From contig MU058384.1 of NCBI GenBank assembly GCA_013265495.1, positions 4,451,239 through 4,515,238 on the forward strand: DNA of 64,000 bases. The letters run 5' to 3'. The notes beneath the pieces were generated by a model. The model was given only the letters and a program-made list of their open reading frames with translations. It was not told where the DNA came from and did no database searches. Positions 38,810-52,650 of this stretch are shown here, one piece after another. A program made the position numbers and the translations under genes. Source of the stretch: Vicugna vicugna (taxonomy: Eukaryota). Position 1 is the stretch's first letter. The number at the start of each line of letters is the position of its first letter.

Positions 38810-39055
38810 ATTGTGGCTAAGAGTATGGACTCTGGCAGAGACAGGCAGGGGACACAATCCTGGCTTGTCACTTTTGGCTCCTTTGACCTTGAGGAAGTTC
38901 CTACACTCCTCTAAGCCTCAGCATTCTCTCCCATAAAATAAAATGATAGTAGCACCTATCTCATACTGTTGTGAGCATTAAATAGATAATATAAATAAGA
39001 CGCTCAGCACAGAGGTAGATATGTAATAAGAGTTCAGTAAAAGAGAGCTATCATT
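38810..39055 (+). mobile_element. Near full-length MIR SINE
   Basis: gtggctaagagtatggactctgg...tgaccttgaggaagtt...ctctaagcctcag...gtgagcattaaatagataat. Confidence 0.85.
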
Positions 39056-39599
39056 CTTATTTTTACCTCCAGAATTCCTATTTGTGCTTCCCTTTACAGA
39101 GAGGTGGCAGAGAGCACAAGAATGTTAATTCTGCCCAATAATAAGCCTATATATGAACATGTACTGGGGAAATGGGGAATAAATAAAACAATATCATCAG
39201 GATAATTTAGTTTAAAACAGTTAATGAGGATTTACATAGCAATGTTTCTGCTGAAGATAACACAACAGAAAGTTTAAATTAACAAATACAAAATTTAGGT
39301 TTGGGGTGAGAGTGGAGGGTGGGGGTGGGGACCAGCTCAGGGAGGGGCTTCCATTTGAAAAGGGAATTAAAGAAATAATATTGCTTAAAAATAAATACAA
39401 TAAAATTTAAGTTCAGATTACATAATTCTTACAATTTCTTAGTTACTTATGCATTTTTTGGGGTTGTTTCTTTATTTGTTGGTTTGTTTTTTAACTAGTT
39501 CTCTTTTTTATCTAGTCTTAAAATCAAAGTCATTTTTACTTTTCACCTCAGTCAGCTGATGTTTCCCAGCTCACATCCATCAGTTCCTTTTAATTCCCA

Positions 39600-39880
39600 G
39601 ATTACTTCCCAGGCTCAGTTCCCATCCTGTCACCCCTAGATTAATGTAATACCCTCCTTGACATTTTCTCAGGCTTTTAATATCTTCCTTCTTCTAGGAA
39701 ACCATGCATTCTGCTATCAGATTAATGTTCCCCAAACACCAATTTGTTCATCTCTCTGACTTCAGATTACTTACATGGTAAGATTCGAATTCCTTGGTTT
39801 AGCTTTCAAGACTCTATCTACATAATGTTAATTTATCTTTCTAGCTCCACTGACCCATCCCTCCATCACCTCTAATCCAT
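39600..39880 (+). mobile_element. L2 fragment
   Basis: ctagattaatgtaataccctc...gaattccttggtttagctttcaagactct. Confidence 0.5.
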
Positions 39881-40759
39881 CCTAGTCAGAAAGAAGTGGT
39901 AAAGGAGGAATATGAGAATGTAGCCTCCAGAGCAAGCTGCCCATGAGTGAGCTCCAGCTCCACCACCACAGTTTAAAACTACAAGTTCAGATATTCCAAA
40001 TTGTGGAACAAGCACAGCATGTACCTGCTGAAGGTGCAAATGTGAGCTTTACCATTGGTAAGGGTCCTGCTTAAATCTACAGAATGCGCAACTAACCTAA
40101 TTTCCATGTTTAAAGTAATCATCTTACATGGGGATTGCAAAAGTTCCAATTCTAGAGAGACAGAGGATGGCTGGCAGCCAAACGAGGGATTTAGGGCATC
40201 ATCAACGAGAATCCTTCAAGACTACCTTTTCCAGACTCAGGAGATCTGCAAAGTCAATGCAGAAGGGTTGCAGGGATAGAGAAAGCTAGAAATGGTAGGG
40301 CTGGGAAAACAAGCTTGCTAGAGTGTGAGGAGTCTGCTTCTCCCTTATGTACTCTAGCCTCCCCACCCCCATACAGAAATGGAAATCAGAGTGTCACAGG
40401 CGTCTGAGCCATCCACTCAGGTGCCTGAAGAAGGCAGTGACTTGCTGACCTGTGGTGAGATTCAAAGTTGGTTGGATTTTGGTGTCACAGGTTAAAGAGA
40501 GCCATCCCTTTTGGATCTGGGCCTCTGTCAGGAGGTCAGGGGACACTGAGGGCAACAGCTAGAACCTGCAGGACAACAGCTGTTCACAACCCCCTTGAAG
40601 TTCAAGACAACCAGCAGGCCCCAGCTTTCCTCAGCCTCACTTCGATTTGCTCATGGGTGGGCTTTGAGAGTGGTGTTTAAACCATAACCTACTGAGAATC
40701 CTCTAGATTTCCTGGATGAAATCTATGATTACATTTTTACCTCAAACATTCTTTGGAAT

Positions 40760-40925
40760 AATAACATTTTAGAGCTCCTGCTATATTCTAGAATCTAATC
40801 ATCTAATCTTCACAATCACTAGCAGCCCTACTTCATCAATGAAGAGACTGAGGCTCATTTAGCTTAAGTGGCAGAAACAAGACCCTAACCTACACCTCTC
40901 TGACTCCAGAGCCGGAAGTCTTGCA
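40760..40925 (-). mobile_element. MIR fragment
   Basis: atctaatcttcacaatc...gaagagactgaggctc...aagtggcagaa...tctgactccagagcc. Confidence 0.65.
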
Positions 40926-43659
40926 GCCTTCTTTATGGAGATCTCTTGATCTCTTACCTTTCTCATTGTTTCCCATAGCTTTGACCTGCCTCTCATCCCC
41001 AGCAAAGCTCTGAACGTGGGTTCTGGCCCGGAGCTGAAGCATGCTTCACAAAATTTCTTATTGCTCTTTCTCCACCCTCTTTAACATAAGTTGGGCTGAG
41101 AGGATGTGAAATGTAAACATTACAGTTCCTGTGCTATTCCTCATAAAGATTTAAAAGAAAATATAGAAAGAAAGCAAAGCAAAGCTAATAACTCATGGTT
41201 GTGTCTGTTAGTTATAACACAATAAAGGGTCAGAGTCAGTCCCAGAATATAGTGAAAGTTACATTTAGAAGATAAATGCAGGATATTTAGAAAGCACCTC
41301 GTAAAAAATTTATGCTGTACTATTGCGGTCTTCAAGCCAAGCAGTCAATGTGTCAACAAATGTTTATAGGGAAACTATTATGTGACAAGCATGCTGTAGG
41401 AGGCTGCAATACATCTGCTTTGCTTTATGAGTTTCATCTTTCCTATTGAGTTTCTTATAAACTTTTCAACATTCCCATATTCAGGCTAACTATTCTAAAA
41501 TTTTAAATTATGTTAAATGACATGCTAATACACCAGTGAATTTTTTTTAAGATTGTGCTTTATTCGATCTACTCATTTTTATGACTTTTTTTTTGCAGGA
41601 AAGATGAGACACTTTTTCATACGTAATGATAGTCTTATAACTTATAATTTGGTTAATAATTATAGTTTAGAACTTGATTTTTTATTTCAAGAGCTGATAT
41701 TTGAATGCCGGATCAAATCACTAATGACTTTTCTGCAGCTCTCTTTTCTCCAGATCTAACAGACTGAAGCTCTATTTAAGAAACAAACCCAAAGTGCCAA
41801 CACTAGCTTTCCCACTAAAGTTTTAGCAGACTAGCAATCTAGGTCATGGAAACGCCTCATAATGGGTATCCTTGGAAAAAAAAAAGTAATATCATCTACC
41901 TATTAAAGTATTTCATTAGCAGGCAAATGTCTTCATTTTTTAAAACTTGACTTTAACCACTTTAACCTCATGATTTATGCCCTTTTGATGCTTAAATCAT
42001 CCACTTAGCTAATTTGGCTCTGTGCCAACTTGTACTGTGAAATCCCACTGAGAGGGGCCCTGAGTGATGTCCTACTCTTCGGGTGGGGTTCTTTGTGGCT
42101 TCCCTTTTATCTTTTCTTGTGCTCCCTTTCCTAGGAGACTTGTCTTGACTTTGTGTGAAGCACACGGTTACAGAACAGAACTACCCATAGAAAGCTCACA
42201 CAGACAAATGGGCTGAGGGGTCTTTCTCTGTAAAATTTAAGGACAACTGGCCTCTCATTTGAAAAACATCAGCACTCTTACACTAAAAACAGGGCAGCAA
42301 TCCAACTGTACCCGGTTGCTGTATTTTTGGTATCCATTCTAAGAAGTTTTCATTTTCATGAGAATGAGGTGCTTATTCCACCACAGAAATTTTGACTTTG
42401 GAAAGCATCTCTTTGTAGTTCTAATTTCTCCAAGGGTAGTATTTTTCAGGCTTGTTTTTGTCTTTCACGTTTGGACAACCGAGTTCTCACTTTTTGAGGC
42501 TTCTTGCTTCCTTGGTACTCTAGCCTATGGTAGCTATGCTAGCACTCTACAGCGAAAGCTGAAGCTGAAATTATTAGGAAGGTAATTCACGCCCACATCT
42601 ATTCTCCTCATTTAACAAGTTTTCTTTTACCTATCCATAAAATTGCTTCAAATCACTACTTCATTTTGGAAATGCTATTTTTTTATACAGTGCTACTTCT
42701 TTTTGCTCCTCCTCCAGAATTGTGAGTGATGTAGGTCTATAACAATATGCCTTATTGGTAGCACATTATTATACTTCCATTAATAACAATCCCTAGTGTG
42801 TTGGACATTGCACTAAAGATACCAAAATATCTTTTAATGAATAGTTTTTAACTTTCAGATAAGGTGTAGCAAGACAGCTCATTATCATATATAGATTTGT
42901 AGAAATTGCTAATAAACTGAAAGTAAAGAAAAATGTTCATGAGTTCTAGGCAGTTTATAAAATACAATCTTGCTTTCTGACATTTTTAATTAAATTATTT
43001 ATAATTAAGCAATATTAACTATATAGTTTCACAGTTAAGGAAAATACAGTTACATGATTAGGTAAATAAAATTAAGCAAATTAAGTAACTATTGCACTCG
43101 CAGTATGACTTGTATCTAAAAGACATCAAACAAAACTTGCAAGAGTAATGCTTTGTTTGATAAGAAAACATAAATTAATCAACTGTTATAAAACTCAGAA
43201 CTATAGTAAGTTTTAGCATCTCATATAGTAAAGAATGAATTTTCTCCACTGTTTTCCCCCTAAAGAATGAATAAACATAATTTTCATAAGGTCACAAACT
43301 ACTATCAGATTTTAATTAACATTTAATAATTATGTATTTTATCTCTGGCCATTTTTGGATGAGAAATTAGGGCCAATTTTGTACGTAATTAGTAGAGAAA
43401 CAAACCTAAAAAATGGTAGATGAAGTTTCAAATCAAATTGTAAATATTTATAATCCAGCCAATAAAACGAGTACATTTCCATATTGGGCAAAAGTATCAA
43501 ATCAATATAGTACTTGTTCAACATCAGCAGATGGACGGGAGCCAATGTGACCAAAAAAGGACAAAGCTGTCACGATGTAACTATACCTGGAAATAGTATA
43601 CCTCTGAAATTCAAACTAACTCCTGGTACTAAAAGAGACCTTGATAAAGTGCTATTTCC

Positions 43660-43875
43660 ACCTTCAATCAAATTAATTTGTATTATAACACACTCTCAGG
43701 CATACCTTTGCTTTTTCTTCATGACATTTGTCATATTTGCAATTAAGTAATCATTTGCATAATTCCTTGTGGGACAAGAGGCTCTAAGCTCCACTGGGGT
43801 GGGCTACCTCTGTCTTGTTCACAGCTGTATGGCCAGTACAGTAAGCATTCAGTAACTGTCAGATTAATGAACAAA
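43660..43875 (+). mobile_element. L2 3' end fragment
   Basis: taagctccactggggtggg...tgtcttgttcacagctgtat...gcattcagtaactgtcagattaatgaa. Confidence 0.65.
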
Positions 43876-45419
43876 CAGAAGGGGTAAGAGATGAGTACCT
43901 ATAGCTTAGCAGATCTATAAATGACTGCAGTACCACTAGATAAAGCTGTCAAAGTGACAGAACACATCGGAAAGAAGACCGTACTTCAGGGTCATTTGCA
44001 CGTCAGAAAGTGAAAAAAACCTGAGGTGCTTTGGAAAATGATTCAAGCTGTTTTCTAATGGAAATATCCCACCTAACAAATTTAACTTATTTTTTCTTAA
44101 AAAGCAAATACCTAGTTCACACTAAGTTTGGTTAGGAATATTATGTAAGAATATTCTCCACGTTTCTGTACGGAGTATCTTCAGGATTTACAAATATTTC
44201 AAATTAATTTAAATGTATCAGGAATTTCTGAAAACTCAAAACTGTAGCCACGAAAAATCATGGCACACTGAAAGGCTTAAGGAAGAACAAAAATTCATGA
44301 TTTAAATATTTTTACTCACTAGATTATTAATGAACTTGATTCTTTGTGAAAGACGTGTTGAGAGAATTCTTCTAAAAGCAGTTAAATAGAAACAAGTTCC
44401 AAAGGCTTCAATTAATTTTCAGTATGGATACTAGAGTTATGTGTTTAAAGGAAAAATTCAATGCAACTATTCAAAGGCACCTCGTAATAATAGAGATAGA
44501 AAGGACCTTATGTACTTGGTGATGCATATGTGTGTTTCCCTTCTCATCCTGTTTGTCATTTTTTTTTCAAATTCGCTTTTTTGTTTTTGTTTTGTTCCTT
44601 TGAAAATGTGTTGTTTTATTTATTTCTCTCTCTATCTTTTATTGAAGCATTGTTTCTTTGTTAATTGTCCAAGGAGTTTCATTCATGGATTGAATAAGAA
44701 TAGTAAAGTCATTCAGCAGATGTTATGGGTGCCTGTGGGCAGTATTAGTGATTATGAGGTTTGACAGCATGAACAGCCCCTCAAAAACTAGTGGTTATTG
44801 AAACTGTAGCCTAGGGAAGCAGCACCTGAAGATGGGCTCTGAGTCTGCTTCTGGAAGTCAAATATATAACCAGGGCAAGAGGAATCTTACAATGCATAAA
44901 GCTGCCTAACTATTGAGAATTCATGCTGGATACCACCGCCCAACCCCTTCTCCAGGTTTGCTTAGCTTTTTGCAAACAGTGGACTTTTTTGCTATGTTAG
45001 AATTTCAGCCTGGTAGCAGACAGTTTAACCTGGTAAACAGGTGAACTTTAACTATAATTATGCAGACACATCCTCTGACTCATTTTGACTTTTCTGTTCT
45101 TAGTAACTTCCCTTATTCTGGAATACTTGGTCAATCACAAGAACTCAGTGATAGCTAGAAGAGGTCCTGACACTAACATTCAAGGGCATGAGAATGATAA
45201 CTGTTTAGTGGGACCTGGTTAAGAAATTTTGACTTAGAAAGGCAGGAAACAGCTGCTCAAAATAGTTCACAATAAAAAAAGACAAACAAAAAACTGTGCA
45301 TGAAAGCATAATAAAAATAATTTAGTTTCAAATTAAGCAAATATTTGAGTGCCTATTATAGGATGCACCTCACAGACGTACAGTTACATAAAGTAAAGTG
45401 ACGATTAAATGAAATGCCT

Positions 45420-47290
45420 ATTTAGTGAGATACGTTTTCACAGCTGTATATCCTCATGAAACGCAAGTTCCTATTGAGTCTATCATTCTATCTATAATCC
45501 CAGAATTTTCTCTCAGGCCTTTGCCAATCAACCTCTATCCTCTTCATCCACACGCACCACTATTCTGATATCTTCAATCATAGATCAGCAGAATCATACA
45601 GGATGAACTCTTCTGCTTCTGGCTTCTTTCACTCAGCTTACTTTTTTGAAGTTTATTCATCTTGTTGCTAGTATCAGGAGCTAAGTTCTATTGATGAATT
45701 TTATTAATACAGTGTATGAATATACCACAGTTCCTTTATCCATTCTCCTCTATGTGGATATCTGAGTTGTTCCCTAGTTTTTATTTATTTATGACTAAAT
45801 CTGCTTGGAACATTTTTATGAGTCATTTTGTGTACCATTTTAAAATTCTATCAGCAATTTGTATGACAATTTCAGTTGCTCCATGTCTCCCCCAACATTT
45901 GGTGTTGTCAGTCTTTTTAATTTTGCCATTTTAATAGATTTTAGTGATACCTCGTTGTAGTTTTAACCTACACTTCACTGGTAATTAATAGGACTGAGCA
46001 CTTTCTAATACATTTATAATTTTTTGTACACATTATCTTTCTTTATGAAGTACCCATTCAAGTCATTTACCTATTTTATTGGGTTGTTTGCCTTACTGGG
46101 GTGTAAGGCTGTTTATAGGATTTAAATAAAGGTCTTTTGTATTGCAGATATATCCCCCAATTTGTGGCTTTAGTTTGTTTTCTTAATGTTAGCATTGGCA
46201 AGCAGAAGTTTTGAATTTTGATGAAGTCCACTTTATCAAATTTTCCTCTTATGATTAGTACATTTTGTGCTCTAAGAAATATTTGTCTCTCCATGGGTTG
46301 CAAAAATAATTCTGTTTTCTTCAAGAAGTTTTAAAATTTTATCTTTTACATTTAGGTCTATGATATATCTTGAATTAATTTTCATGAGGGGTGGGGGGTA
46401 TGGTTGAAGTGCATTTTTGTTTTCATATAAGTTGTCATCTTTCGTAAAACCATTTGTTAAAAAGAGTTTCTTTACCCCATTAAGTAATGTTAGTACCTTG
46501 GCTAAAAAAAAAGTGACTATATAAATGTGGGGCTGTTTCTAGACTCATTTATTTGCTTTCATCTATCCATTAGTCTATCTTTATGCAGTATCAAACTAGG
46601 TTGAATATAGCAAGTTTTGAAACCCAATAGTATGAATACTCAAAAGTATTACTTTATTCCAAGATTCTTTTGGCTATTCTGAGTAGTTTGTATTTCCATA
46701 TAAATTTTAGAATCATCTTATCAACTTCTATCACAAAGAAAATCTCCTGAGATTTTGTTTGGGAATACTTTGAATTTATCGATCAATTTAGACAGAATCC
46801 ACATCTTAAAAATATTGAGTCCTTCTATACATGGACATAGTATATCTTTCTATTTATTTAGGTCTTTAATTTCTCCTAGCAATATTTTGTAGTTTCAGTG
46901 TAACAGATCTTAGACATATTTTAAGTCATTCTTAAGTATCTTATATTACTTGACGCTATTTTGAAGTGTTTTATTTTCTAATTGTTTTTTGCTAGTATAT
47001 AGAAATAAAATTGATATTTTCATATCGATTGACTTGTATCTGCAACACTGCTAAAATCAATTATGAGCTTCAGTAGTATTCTTTCAGATTGTTTAGAGTT
47101 TTCTACATACATGATCATGTTACCTGTGAATAAAGATTGCTTTACTTCTTCCTTTCTAATATTTATTAGAAATTAGAATACTTTTTTTCTTTTTTGCTTA
47201 TCTTATAGAACTGATTGAAACCTTTAGTAGAATGTTGAATAGACTGAACAAAGAACAAAGACTTGCCTAGTTCCTAATCCTTGCAAAAAG
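45420..47290 (-). mobile_element. Old L1 (L1MC/ME-like), 3' UTR and ORF2
   Basis: Antisense motifs tctggcttctttcactcagc, gcagaagttttgaattttgatgaagtcca and ccatataaattttagaatca. ORF 46076-46324 has the ORF2 remnant DKVDFIKIQNFC. Confidence 0.85.
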
Positions 47291-49473
47291 CTTTGTCTGA
47301 AAGAGATGGCCAGATATAAACTGATACGTGGGCTGGGGCTAATGGCTTGGTTGGATGATCATCAAATAAAAGGAATATGGTTGGATATTGGTGATAGTGA
47401 GATCTGGGAAGAAGTACGTGGATGGGCTTTGGGCATAGATCGTGAGGACAGTTCTGTCCCACATTAGTGCTCACCAAACAGCTATTGATTTGTAAACTGC
47501 CCATGTACATGAAGAGAACAAGGAGGCAGTTTTAATAAGCAGGGGAACTTACTTATGAGGCTTGTCTCCACGCCCACATGCCATAATCTTAAAAATTTAC
47601 ACAGAGGTTTAAATTTTAACTGGATTGAGTCACACACACAGACCAGATGGGCTCAATGGCACATTATTCTCTTAAGGCTGTGTCTGCGGGACAGTTTATA
47701 ATGCAAGGAAGGCAAGCAGAATGCATATTCCAAGGATGAGGAGGGAGTGAGGAGCTGCAGACTGTCTGGGACCAGCTCACAGGTCAACTGGTGGTCACAT
47801 CCTCTCATGACTTCCTCCTGCAAGAGCCACTCCAGCAGCAGAGAATAGGGTGATCCACTTCGTGGACATGAGTGAACCTGCTTTTGCAGTTATCCCTGCC
47901 TCTGTCCAGTGGGCTCATAAACAAAGTGATCATGGGCAGCAGGGAAGAGATTTTGCATGGGCAAGCACTGTACACTTACATTCATTAAGGCTGATCTGAC
48001 AACAGCTACTGCTAAATGCCCAATCTGCTGTTGGAGATTAACAGTGAGCCCCAACAGGACACCATTTCCATGAGGATCAGCCAGCTACAGGGTAGTAAGT
48101 AGATTGCATTATTTCCATCCCAGAAGGTCAACACTTTGTTCTCAATGGAATAGAAACTTACTGTGGATATATATTTGCCTTTCCTGCTTGCAATGATTCT
48201 GTCAAAGTCATCCTCTGTGGACTTACAGAATGCGTTATTCCCCACCATGATATTCCACACAGCATAGCTTCTGACCAATGAAATCATTTTACAGTGAAGA
48301 AAGGGCAGCAATAGGTCGGCGTCCATGTAATTCACCTGCATTACCATCTTCTCCATCACTCTGAAGCAGTTAATTTGATAGTATGGCCTTTTGAAGACTG
48401 GGTTATGATGCCAGATGGATGACAACACCTTGAAGGACTGGACTAATTTCATTCAGAATGGTGTATACAGTCTGAATCAGTGTTCAGTTAATGGTGCTTT
48501 TTCGCTCATAGCCAGGACTCACAGTTCTGGTAATCAGAAGTGTTAAGTGGGAGTGGCTCATCTCGATACTGACTGCTAATGAGTCACTAACAAAAGTATT
48601 GCTCCTCATCTCTACAACCTTAGGTTATTCTGGTTAAAAGATCTTAGTTCTCAAGAAAAGAATAATTCCACTTGCGGACACAGAAATGGTTCCATTAAAT
48701 GGGAAACTCACATTGTCATCTGGCAATGTAAAAAAATACTAATGGTAGTGAATCAGTGGGCAGCGAAGGGGGATTTTAATCTGGCTGAAGTGATTGATTC
48801 TGACTATCAAAAGGATATGAAGTTTCCACTGCACTAGGAGGGTGAGGATGAGTGAGTCTGTAATTCATGAAATCTCTCAGGACACATATTAGTACTTTCA
48901 ACGCATGGAGTAAAAGTCAATGAAAAACTACAGCAAACCTGCTAATGGTTTATACCCTTTAGGAGTGAAGGTCTGGTTTATCCCACAAGGCAAAGATTAT
49001 GACCAGGCAAGGTGCTTACTGAAGGCAAAGAGAATATGGATGGCAAAACTAAGTTTACAAATATTAAGTGAAAACATGTGACTAGTTGCAAAAATGAAGA
49101 CTGTAATACTTGAGTATCTCATCTTTATTTTTATATGAATAATCTGTATTCTTATTAACCAGCTACAGTTTTTCTCCCTCCATTCCTCAACATATAAGGT
49201 GTGTTAATAGTAGCTAAGCTTATATCTCAGGATTTAAGTTAGAGAACGTCAAAGAGGAAATGTAATTCAACTAGAAGAGAAATTAACATTAACCAAAACT
49301 GAGTAAAGGGATTTTGTTATCTCCTTTTTGGGAGAGTGTTAGCATGATTTTTATTTGTATATCAGATACTTTCATTATGCTGTGGAGAAAGATGTTTTTA
49401 CTATTACTTTTATTTGTAAATTAAGTATGGTTAAAAGAGGTATACATGGGTGTCAAATAGTGAAGAGATGGAC
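47291..49473 (+). mobile_element. ERVL internal remnant: RNase H, integrase and dUTPase-like regions of pol (degenerate)
   Basis: RNase H-like D-T-W-A-G-A-N-G-L-V-G at about 47323. Integrase-like QWAHKQSDHG, KADLTTATAKCPIC, FVLNGIETYCGYIFAFP and IPHSIASDQ. Many stops and frameshifts. PPT-like segment precedes the LTR. Confidence 0.88.
47488..47822 (-). mobile_element. Small LTR-like insertion within ERVL pol (LTR47-like, tentative)
   Basis: Interrupts pol between the RNase H and integrase motifs. Reverse strand begins tgcaggaggaagtcatgagaggatgtgaccaccagttgacctgtgagctgg. Confidence 0.5.
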
Positions 49474-50101
49474 TGTGGTAACTTTGTTTTGTGTCAATTT
49501 AGCTAAACTGAAACCATTTCTCAGAATGACATTTACTGTACTGTTGGCCACAACAGAGATAGCGTGTGAGATTAAGAAGGTGGAAAAGAAGTAATAGCCA
49601 GTTTTGCATGCTGAAGGTTGGCATGGGGCTAGGCATGCTACAGCTCATGTGTGCTGTTACTGATCTGCTGGTCTACCCTACTGGTGTTGGGAGCAACAGC
49701 AGGGCTTATACTTCTAACCAGAGCTGCTCTATGAGATCCTGTGAATCCCAGGCCAGGTCATGTACATCTTCACAGAGAAGGTTACCAATTTAGTGTGCAA
49801 TTCTCTCACATCATCAAAATCGAAGGGGAGAAACGCACATGTTCTTGTTCGTTCTACTGGGTTCTAGTTTTTCCTTATAGATTTCAATTTTGTACCACAG
49901 GTTCCTTCAAGGTTCATCCTGGCTTTCTTCCCTTCATCTCTGTTTCCTTGCTGACTTCAGACCTAACACAGTGCAAAACAATAGCCTTATAGAGACTGCT
50001 GACCAGCTTTCACAATTGCATAAGGTCGAATCCTCAAAATAAATCCCTTATAAATGTCACTTATAGTAGTTCTCTTACCTGATTGGATCCCAACTGATAT
50101 G
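49474..50101 (+). mobile_element. 3' LTR of the ERVL (MLT2E/F-like)
   Basis: Starts tgtggtaactttgttttgtgtcaatttagctaaactg...tttctcagaat and ends aataaatccctta...tagttctc...actgatat. Confidence 0.8.
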
Positions 50102-51310
50102 CCCTGGTATGGTCTTTTTTCTGGTTATCCTGCTTGAAATTCGTTGAGCTTCTTGGATCTATTTGAAATTATATCACAAGTTAAGGAAATTCCATTATTA
50201 TTTTTCAGCTGCTTTTTTCCATGCTTCAGTTTTGATAATTTCCTTTGTTCTATCTTTAAGTTTAATGACAGTTTCTTCTGCACTATCTAGACTGCAATTA
50301 GGCCCATTCAGTGAGTTTTTAATTTTTGATATTGTATTTATCTCCAGTATTTCCTTTTTTAATCATTTTTTAGTTTTCATTTCCCTTTTGAAATTTATTT
50401 CCCTCTTTAAAATCTTTTTTTTTCTGCTTCAAATCCTTGAATATTTTTATGATAGCAATTCATCATTTGTGTCATTTCCGGGTCTGTTTTTATTGAATAA
50501 TTTTTTAACCTAGTTATGGGCCACGTTTTCCTACTTCTTTGCACATCTAGTAATTTTTTTATTATACACTGGAGGCTTCACTGTTAACTGTCTGAATTTT
50601 ATTGTCTTCCTTAATAGAGTGTTGAGTTTTGTTCCTACAGGCAGTTAATTAACTTGCAGCAGAATCTGAGTCTTCCATGCCTTACTGTTAAGATAGGTAA
50701 AGAATAACTTTTTCCCTGAGGACTAGATTACCCCTAGTTCTAAGGTATGGCCTTTTTGGAGTTTCTACTGAATCTGCATTTGTTCATAAGGTCCTTTAGT
50801 GTAGGCAGGTCAGAACACAAATATCCACTTGCTCTGTCTAGCTCTAAGAGATCAATTCTCTGCTCTTCAGTATTCTTTTCTAGTATTATACTGTGTCCCA
50901 CCTCATGGAGTTTCACCCTACATATACACCGCTTACTGCACAGCCAAAGATTCAAGGGGATCCCTATGCAGATTTCTGGAACTCCTTTTCTGCACAGCTC
51001 AGTTTCCTCAAGAACCTTGCCATACACATTCCAGCCTACTCACTGGCTCTGAATTCTGACCTCTGTTTCCTCAGCTCAGGGAGACTAGGATGCTGTTTGG
51101 ATTCCCCCACCCCGAGCCACAGTTGAGAAAGTGGTGCCAGGCAGAAAGCTGGTACAATTGCAGGGCTCATCTCTCTCTTTTTTTTTTTGATCCTTTTTTC
51201 AGGGATCACAGTCTTGTGCTGCCTTTTGTTCAATGTCTAAAAGTAGTGATATCATGTATTTCTTCCAGTTTTATAGTTGCTTATAGTTCCTTCATCATGG
51301 CCAGAAGTAA
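50102..51310 (-). mobile_element. Old L1 5'/ORF1-region remnant
   Basis: Antisense motifs ttatcctgcttgaaattcgttgagcttcttggatct and tcagggatcacagtcttgtgctgcct...caatgtctaaaagtag. Confidence 0.6.
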
Positions 51311-52149
51311 AATGTATTTGCTCTACTCTTGTTTAATCCTGACAACAAACAAATCTAATTACATATATTGTGTTTTTAGAGGCTTAACATTAAACCAAAT
51401 GGAATAAACTCCACAGCAAGCAGACTCACTTAAAATTCGTCTCTCATCCCGTCCTCATCCCACACTGCTGGGAATTTGATAATTTTAAAAGCAGAATCAT
51501 TTGAATGCTCAGACATTTGCATGTAAATTTTTATTTTGTTCCTTCTGTTCCGCTCAGTGGTTGTCAAAATTTACCGTGCATAAAAATGACTATACAAATC
51601 AATGATCCTCCACTTAATGAGATATTTAAAGGTCGTTCTAGGATAGTTTTGACTACTATGGATACAAGTTCAACTTTAGCCAAAATGTAAAATCTGAGTC
51701 TGCTGAATGTCTTTTGTAGATATTTGGGTGGATTGCATCCTGCTTTGTTTATCCTGAGAAAACTTTTAAGGACAACTCAGCTCTGTGGAAAGGAGATGGG
51801 ATAAAGTCATTCAGTATATAGAGTATCCTGAGAGAGGGAATTCACAGAGAAAAAGCTAGAACTGAGATACTAGACCTTAGATAGAAAGGAAAATACAGTC
51901 TATGTCTTAACTTCTCTTCCAAACTAGATTGAAAAGATTATATATGTCTAAAAAAGTGCTCCAGAAAAGTAGTGTTAAAAACAGTTGCCCATATACGGAG
52001 GGAAAATGAAGGTGTTTTATCTTATCAGTATATGCCATTCTGAATATATTTGTGTCCTTAGTATTGGTTTTCTGTTGCTGTGTCTCAACAGAATCTTACT
52101 ATTATTTGAACTTTCAAGCAGCTTTCAATGAATTCTTTAAGGTTTTTTT

Positions 52150-52650
52150 GTTGTTGTTGTTTGAAATAATTTTAGACTTACAGAAAAAAATACAGTACAA
52201 AGAATTCTCCTATACTTTCAGAGTTCTCAAATATTTTATCATATTTACTGTTCATGTGTATGTGAGTGTAATTTTTCTGATTTTTTAAAGTAAGTTACAG
52301 ACATAATAATGCATTATCCCTAAGTCATTTCATGCTATTTCTTAAAAATAAACATATTCTTGTATATAACCACCATACCCAATCCAGGATCCAATCCAGA
52401 GTCACAATTTGCATTCAGTTGTTCTATGTCTTTAATCTTCTTTAATATGTTCCTTAGTGTTTTTTGACTTTCATGATTTTGATATCTTTGAAGAATATAT
52501 GTCATTTATTTTCAAGGATATCCCCCAATTTGGCTTTACGTTTCCTAATTAGATTCAGGTTATACATTTTTGGCAGGACTATCACAAAAATAACTTCGAG
52601 GTGCAACATATCAGGAGGCTGCCCAATGGTGATTATCTGCACTTGATTTT
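52150..52650 (-). mobile_element. L1MC-like 3' end
   Basis: ttgaaataattttagacttacagaaa...ccaggatccaatccagagtcaca...ttgcattcagttg...attagattcaggttatacatttttggcagga. Confidence 0.75.

Noticed and set aside
39095..39115. CTCF-like AGAGGTGGCAG
   Set aside because: The 5' half of the motif (CCASY) is mismatched.
39302..39348. G-run cluster (possible G-quadruplex)
   Set aside because: A common low-complexity motif, probably in a decayed L1 3' region, with no functional context.
48012..48452. 146-aa minus-strand ORF
   Set aside because: It is the antisense shadow of the degenerate ERVL integrase.
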